Below, piece after piece: positions 18,241-21,812 of a DNA stretch of 21,812 nucleotides (within the stretch, counting starts at the first letter, position 1; every line of letters starts with the position of its first letter). Location: NCBI GenBank assembly GCA_964453345.1, contig CAYVOC010000023.1, forward strand, positions 1 through 21,812, read 5' to 3'. Source of the DNA: an uncultured Aquificales bacterium (GTDB taxonomy: Bacteria; Thermosulfidibacterota; Thermosulfidibacteria; Thermosulfidibacterales; Thermosulfidibacteraceae). A program made the translations under genes and the position numbers. The notes under the pieces are model-generated. The model ran no database searches and had not been told where the DNA came from. It worked only from the letters and a program-made list of their open reading frames with translations.

Positions 18241-20156
18241 CTCGTATATCTCACCAGAAACTGGGCAAGATGCAGAACCTCAACCCTCAAACCAGCCTTC
18301 GCAAAACCGTCCTTCAACTGCAGAAGGCAGCTGGGACATGTGGTTACAACCACATCCGGCCCCAGATCCCTCACCATCTCCACCTTTTTCTCAAGGATAT
18401 CTCTTGAGACATCGGGCTTTTTATACCTGTAAAGCCCCGCCCCGCCGCAGCACTCGCTCTCCCTATCGTCCCTCAACAACTCCACCCCCCTGATGGATCC
18501 CACCAGCCCCTCGAGAAACCTCTGTTTGGATGTAGCAATGAGATGGCAGGGAATGTGGAGGGCAACCTTAACGGGACGCACAGCCTCAAAAACCACCCCT
18601 CGATCGAGCAGCCACTCCGCAAGGCTGTATATGCGCAGCGACACCCCGAGGTCCTCCTCATACTCGGCAAAGGCGGACATGCAGGTATCGCACACAAATA
18701 CCACGGGCCTGCCCTCATACCTTTGCGCATTGGCAAGGGCTAAGCGGAAATACTCGGCCCTGTCCCCGTAAACCCTGGCCGGAAGCCCGCAGCACAGCTC
18801 CCTGTCCAGGGAAGCCTTAGTCCCGGAGGATTCAAGCAGATCAAGGGCGCACACGCCTATATCCGGCAACATCTGATCAATAAGACACCCAAGATACAGG
18901 TGGACATCCCCCTCCCTCTTTCCCCTTTCGGCAACAACGGGGGATCTGTTCTCAAACCTGCCCACAACCTTCGCCGCCTCGGAAAGCGGAAGCAGTATCC
19001 TATCCCTCTTTGAAACCACCTTCGGTCCCACCCTTTCAATAAGGTCCCTTCTATCCGCCCTTGCCCTCACCTCCTCCACAAGACGCGAAATGGGTATTTC
19101 AACGGGACAGACCTCCTCGCACCTCTTGCACCCGGTGCACCATCTCGCAACCCGGTAGGCGGCTTCCACCCCCTCGGTTATTGCAGTCCAAGCAACCCCT
19201 ATCCCTCCCATGTAAACCCTGCTGAACCTGAGTCCGCTGACCACCCTATACACGGGGCACACATTCATGCACGCCCCACAGCGGATGCATCTGAGAGCGT
19301 GGGACATAACCGGATCCGAAAGGGCCTTCTTCCTGCCGTTGTTAAGAACAACAACCACCCACCTTCTGTCATCCCGCCACCTGAAGGGACCCCTGAAGAT
19401 GCTCACATAGCTGGAAAACCTCAAGCCCACCGAGTTTCTCGGAAGCACTCTCAGTATCCACAGGGCATCGGACATGCCCTCAACGATCTTCTCATACCCC
19501 ACAAGGGTCACATACAGGGGAGGAACGGTTGCACAAAGCCTGCCATTTCCCTCGTTGGTCATCAGATAAAAGGCGGCGGGATCGGCAGAAACGACGTTGA
19601 TACCGGTGAATCCCGCCTGGGCGCCGAGGAACCTCTCCCTGAGATCGGCCCTGACCAGCTTGGTTATCACAAAGGGATCGGGGGGAACCTCTCTATCAAA
19701 GTATCTGGAGAAAAGCTCCGCCACCTCCTCCTTGGTGTTGTGGACCGCAGGAACAATGAGGTGAGACGGCTTCTCCCCCTTAAGCTGGATTATCCTCTCC
19801 CCCAGATCCGTCTCAACAACCTCTATGCCCCTGACCTCCAGGTAGGGATTGATCCCTATCTCTTCGCTGGTTATGGATTTGCCCTTGACGAGAAGCCTGA
19901 CCCCTCTTTCCTCAAGCAAACGGTATATAAATCGCCTTGCGTCCTCAGCCGTTTCCGCCTCGAAGAACTCCACATCCTTCTTCGAAAGCTCCTCATAAAC
20001 CCTGAACCACAGGGATTGCGCATTCTCCAGCGCCCTCTCCTTAATCGTTCTGGTTCTGGCTCTTATCTCGGCAAAATCCCCCAGCTCGGCAAGGGTTTTT
20101 CTTCTGCCCTCCGCAAACCTGAAGGTAGCCCTCTCAAGAGCCTCCTTTACGCTCAT
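18186..20156 (-). CDS. LutB/LldF (LUD + 2x[4Fe-4S]) fused to two CCG domains (LutA/LldE-like); LldH-like lactate dehydrogenase subunit
   Basis: KGKS..SEEI, ETDLGE.IIQL....PSH...PA.H, TNEGNGR, CIRCGACMNVCP, CTGCKRCEEVCPVEI, then GC...CCG...CDTC and PCH...CCGGAG...CPSC. Confidence 0.9.
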   Translation of the reverse strand: MSVKEALERATFRFAEGRRKTLAELGDFAEIRARTRTIKERALENAQSLWFRVYEELSKKDVEFFEAETAEDARRFIYRLLEERGVRLLVKGKSITSEEIGINPYLEVRGIEVVETDLGERIIQLKGEKPSHLIVPAVHNTKEEVAELFSRYFDREVPPDPFVITKLVRADLRERFLGAQAGFTGINVVSADPAAFYLMTNEGNGRLCATVPPLYVTLVGYEKIVEGMSDALWILRVLPRNSVGLRFSSYVSIFRGPFRWRDDRRWVVVVLNNGRKKALSDPVMSHALRCIRCGACMNVCPVYRVVSGLRFSRVYMGGIGVAWTAITEGVEAAYRVARWCTGCKRCEEVCPVEIPISRLVEEVRARADRRDLIERVGPKVVSKRDRILLPLSEAAKVVGRFENRSPVVAERGKREGDVHLYLGCLIDQMLPDIGVCALDLLESSGTKASLDRELCCGLPARVYGDRAEYFRLALANAQRYEGRPVVFVCDTCMSAFAEYEEDLGVSLRIYSLAEWLLDRGVVFEAVRPVKVALHIPCHLIATSKQRFLEGLVGSIRGVELLRDDRESECCGGAGLYRYKKPDVSRDILEKKVEMVRDLGPDVVVTTCPSCLLQLKDGFAKAGLRVEVLHLAQFLVRYTRWESPSSESCRDTGKQGA

Positions 20157-20608
20157 CTTCCCTCCAGAACCAGTATGAGCCTGCCGGGCCCGTGAACCCC
20201 GGACACATGGATAAGCTCTATATCACCGGTTTTGCTGGGTCCGGTAACAACAGATATGTAATCCCCCTTTATACCGGAGAGGGCCTCATCTAAGGTATCG
20301 TAGATCCTCCTTCTGCTTAAAAGGGCCACATGCACCTCGGGAAGGGTGATGAGCTTAAACCCCTCCTCCTCCGCATAGGCAAACACCAAACTTCCGGTTT
20401 CGGCCACACCGGCCTTCGCCCTGGTTATGGAGACCTTGGCCTGCTCCGGAGCCGACAGGGGAAGATTGAACCTTGCAAGGCGCCTCTTCAGAGAGGCTTC
20501 TACGGCAAAGGGACCATCGGGGAAAAGATCAACAACCTCCGACAGTCCGTCAAGAACCTCTCCCCCCGCGTCCACAAAATTCTTCAAAAAGAGCTCGACC
20601 CTGTCCAC
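20153..20608 (-). CDS. LutC/LldG-like LUD-domain protein
   Basis: GVAETGSLV, LPEVHVALL, VTGPSKTGDIE...V.GVHGP; GTG start directly after the PII stop; ATGA overlap with the next gene. Confidence 0.9.
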   Translation of the reverse strand: MDRVELFLKNFVDAGGEVLDGLSEVVDLFPDGPFAVEASLKRRLARFNLPLSAPEQAKVSITRAKAGVAETGSLVFAYAEEEGFKLITLPEVHVALLSRRRIYDTLDEALSGIKGDYISVVTGPSKTGDIELIHVSGVHGPGRLILVLEGR

Positions 20609-20953
20609 CTACTTCAGAGCCTCCTCGCCCCTCTCCTTGGTTCTGATCCTTATAGCATCTTCAACCGGCAAAACAAATATCTTTCCGTCCCCCGGATGCT
20701 TCGTCCTGCAAACATCAATTATAACATCAACAATCTCATCAACCCTATCGTCGGTGCACACAACCTCCACCCTGGTTTTCGGGAAAAACTTGGGGATGGC
20801 ACCGTGCTTCTCCATAAGCTCCTTATACTTCATCATGGGTTTGCCGATACCCATAAAGTTATCAACACTCATACCGGGAGCGCCTATTTCAAAGAGCCTT
20901 TTCTTCAGCTCCCACAGCTTCTCAGGATTGACATAGGCAACTATCATCTTCAT
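20609..20953 (-). CDS. PII-family signal transduction protein with a non-canonical T-loop
   Basis: MK.I.A...P.KL, GMSV...G.G, PK.RVEVV, GDGKIFV.PVE.AIRIRT.E.G..A; GGGAGG RBS. Confidence 0.92.
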   Translation of the reverse strand: MKMIVAYVNPEKLWELKKRLFEIGAPGMSVDNFMGIGKPMMKYKELMEKHGAIPKFFPKTRVEVVCTDDRVDEIVDVIIDVCRTKHPGDGKIFVLPVEDAIRIRTKERGEEALK

Positions 20954-20980
20954 GCTCTACCTCCCAGCAAAGTTTGTTTT

Positions 20981-21025
20981 ATTTTACAACTCTTAATTGC
21001 AGGCCTCAAGGGACGATGGTATATT
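20981..21025. promoter_or_regulatory. Interdigitated divergent sigma70 promoters (PII-lld operon / Cache sensor)
   Basis: Minus: TTGAGG (21009-21004), 17 bp, TAAAAT (20986-20981). Plus: TTGCAG (20997-21002), 17 bp, TATATT (21020-21025) with TG extended -10. Confidence 0.55.
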
Positions 21026-21065
21026 AAGCAGAAGGAAACCAGAACAAAAATTCCCGGAGGAGAGC

Positions 21066-21812
21066 ATGGAGGGAAGGAAGAACTGGTGCACCTGGTGGTT
21101 GATCTACATAGCCTCCGCCCTTGGCTTGGCAATGGCGCTCTGGGCAATATTTATGCATTTCTCCGGCACTCTGGAAGGAAGTAAAACATTAAAAACACTT
21201 ATAAACCCAGTAAACCTTATTTGGGCAATAATCTACGCTGTCCTGACATGCGCTCTGACAAGGGCCATGTCCGCCGGAGCGGACGAAGATGTAGAAAGGG
21301 CGAGAAACTTCGCCCTGAACTATCCCAAGATCCTGTTTTTCCTGAACGGCGTCTTCGCCGTAGTATCCTCCGGCATAGCAACCTATATAGCCTACAACAG
21401 GGGATACTTTTCACAGACCGTAAAACCCATCTATCCCTTTATAGGTAGCGCCCTCATAATAATGGGCACCACCTACCCGGCCCTGGTAAAAGTAACCTCC
21501 GCCATATGGGAATACTACGGCAAAAAATACGGATTCTTAGGGCTATCCTTCTCCGTCAAATCAAAGGTCATGTTCGCAGTGATCCTTTTCTCCCTGGTAT
21601 CCGGTGTGGCAATATACGTGACGGGATTGAACTCCTCCTCACAGCAGATCTACCAGGTCATGCTCGAAACCTCCAAGAAGGAGGTGAAGCAGATCGTTCA
21701 AACGGCCACCTCAATAGCGAAGCATTACTACGAGCTCTACAGGCAGGGCAAACTGACCGAAGAGGAGGCGAAAAGGCTGGCCTTAGAAACCATCGGCAGC
21801 ATCAGATACCAG
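21066..21812 (+). CDS. Membrane sensor with ~5 N-terminal TM segments followed by the start of an sCache_2 domain (MCP/kinase/cyclase; 3' end outside the window)
   Basis: Manually translated: GGAGG-N5-ATG at 21066, open for 249 codons to the window end: MEGRKNWCTWWLIYIASALGLAMALWAIF...KVMFAVILFSLVSGVAIYVTG...KKEVKQIVQTATSIAKHYYELYRQGKLTEEEAKRLALETIGSIRYQ. The last segment matches the Cache_2 N-terminal signature (G.L.EEEAK..AL..I..IRY). Not in the supplied ORF track because it has no stop in the window. Confidence 0.85.
   Translation, partial: MEGRKNWCTWWLIYIASALGLAMALWAIFMHFSGTLEGSKTLKTLINPVNLIWAIIYAVLTCALTRAMSAGADEDVERARNFALNYPKILFFLNGVFAVVSSGIATYIAYNRGYFSQTVKPIYPFIGSALIIMGTTYPALVKVTSAIWEYYGKKYGFLGLSFSVKSKVMFAVILFSLVSGVAIYVTGLNSSSQQIYQVMLETSKKEVKQIVQTATSIAKHYYELYRQGKLTEEEAKRLALETIGSIRYQ

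Noticed and set aside
20609-20953. Naming the PII gene glnB or glnK
   Set aside because: Lacks Gln39, Tyr51 and the canonical T-loop, and is not linked to amtB or glnA.
20950-21448. Short ORFs 20950-21147(-), 21217-21414(-), 21221-21448(+)
   Set aside because: Overlap the promoter block or the better-supported sensor ORF starting at 21066.
1-21812. CRISPR arrays, IS/integrase/phage genes, tRNA/rRNA, defence systems
   Set aside because: No regularly spaced repeats or such motifs seen by eye; nearly all sequence is explained by the listed CDSs.

Overview
Gene-dense bacterial chromosomal segment with no rRNA, tRNA, CRISPR array or mobile element detected. Lys/Glu-rich proteins, frequent AGG/ATA codons, a lipoprotein and Fe-S enzymes suggest a diderm, probably thermophilic anaerobe (inference). 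From left to right: (1) a tightly coupled six-gene minus-strand operon (43-4520) with two divergent family III (CaiB/Frc-like) CoA-transferase paralogs and four small uncharacterised proteins (Zn-ribbon, BssC-like 4-Cys, helical, AbrB-like barrel), with a divergent Pat-like GNAT; (2) a ~9.8 kb minus-strand run livKHMGF-like ABC transporter > mutL > hypothetical > proS > CpoB-like lipoprotein > LysM/TsaP-like > Trm112; (3) an apparently leaderless thiD-thiN fusion; (4) an operon of a non-canonical PII protein > lutC/lldG > lutB-lutA fusion (lldH-like) > ubiB; (5) a divergent multi-TM sCache_2 sensor that runs off the window end and is absent from the ORF track. The best candidates for undescribed biology are the CoA-transferase/metalloprotein operon and the PII-lactate dehydrogenase-Cache sensor locus.
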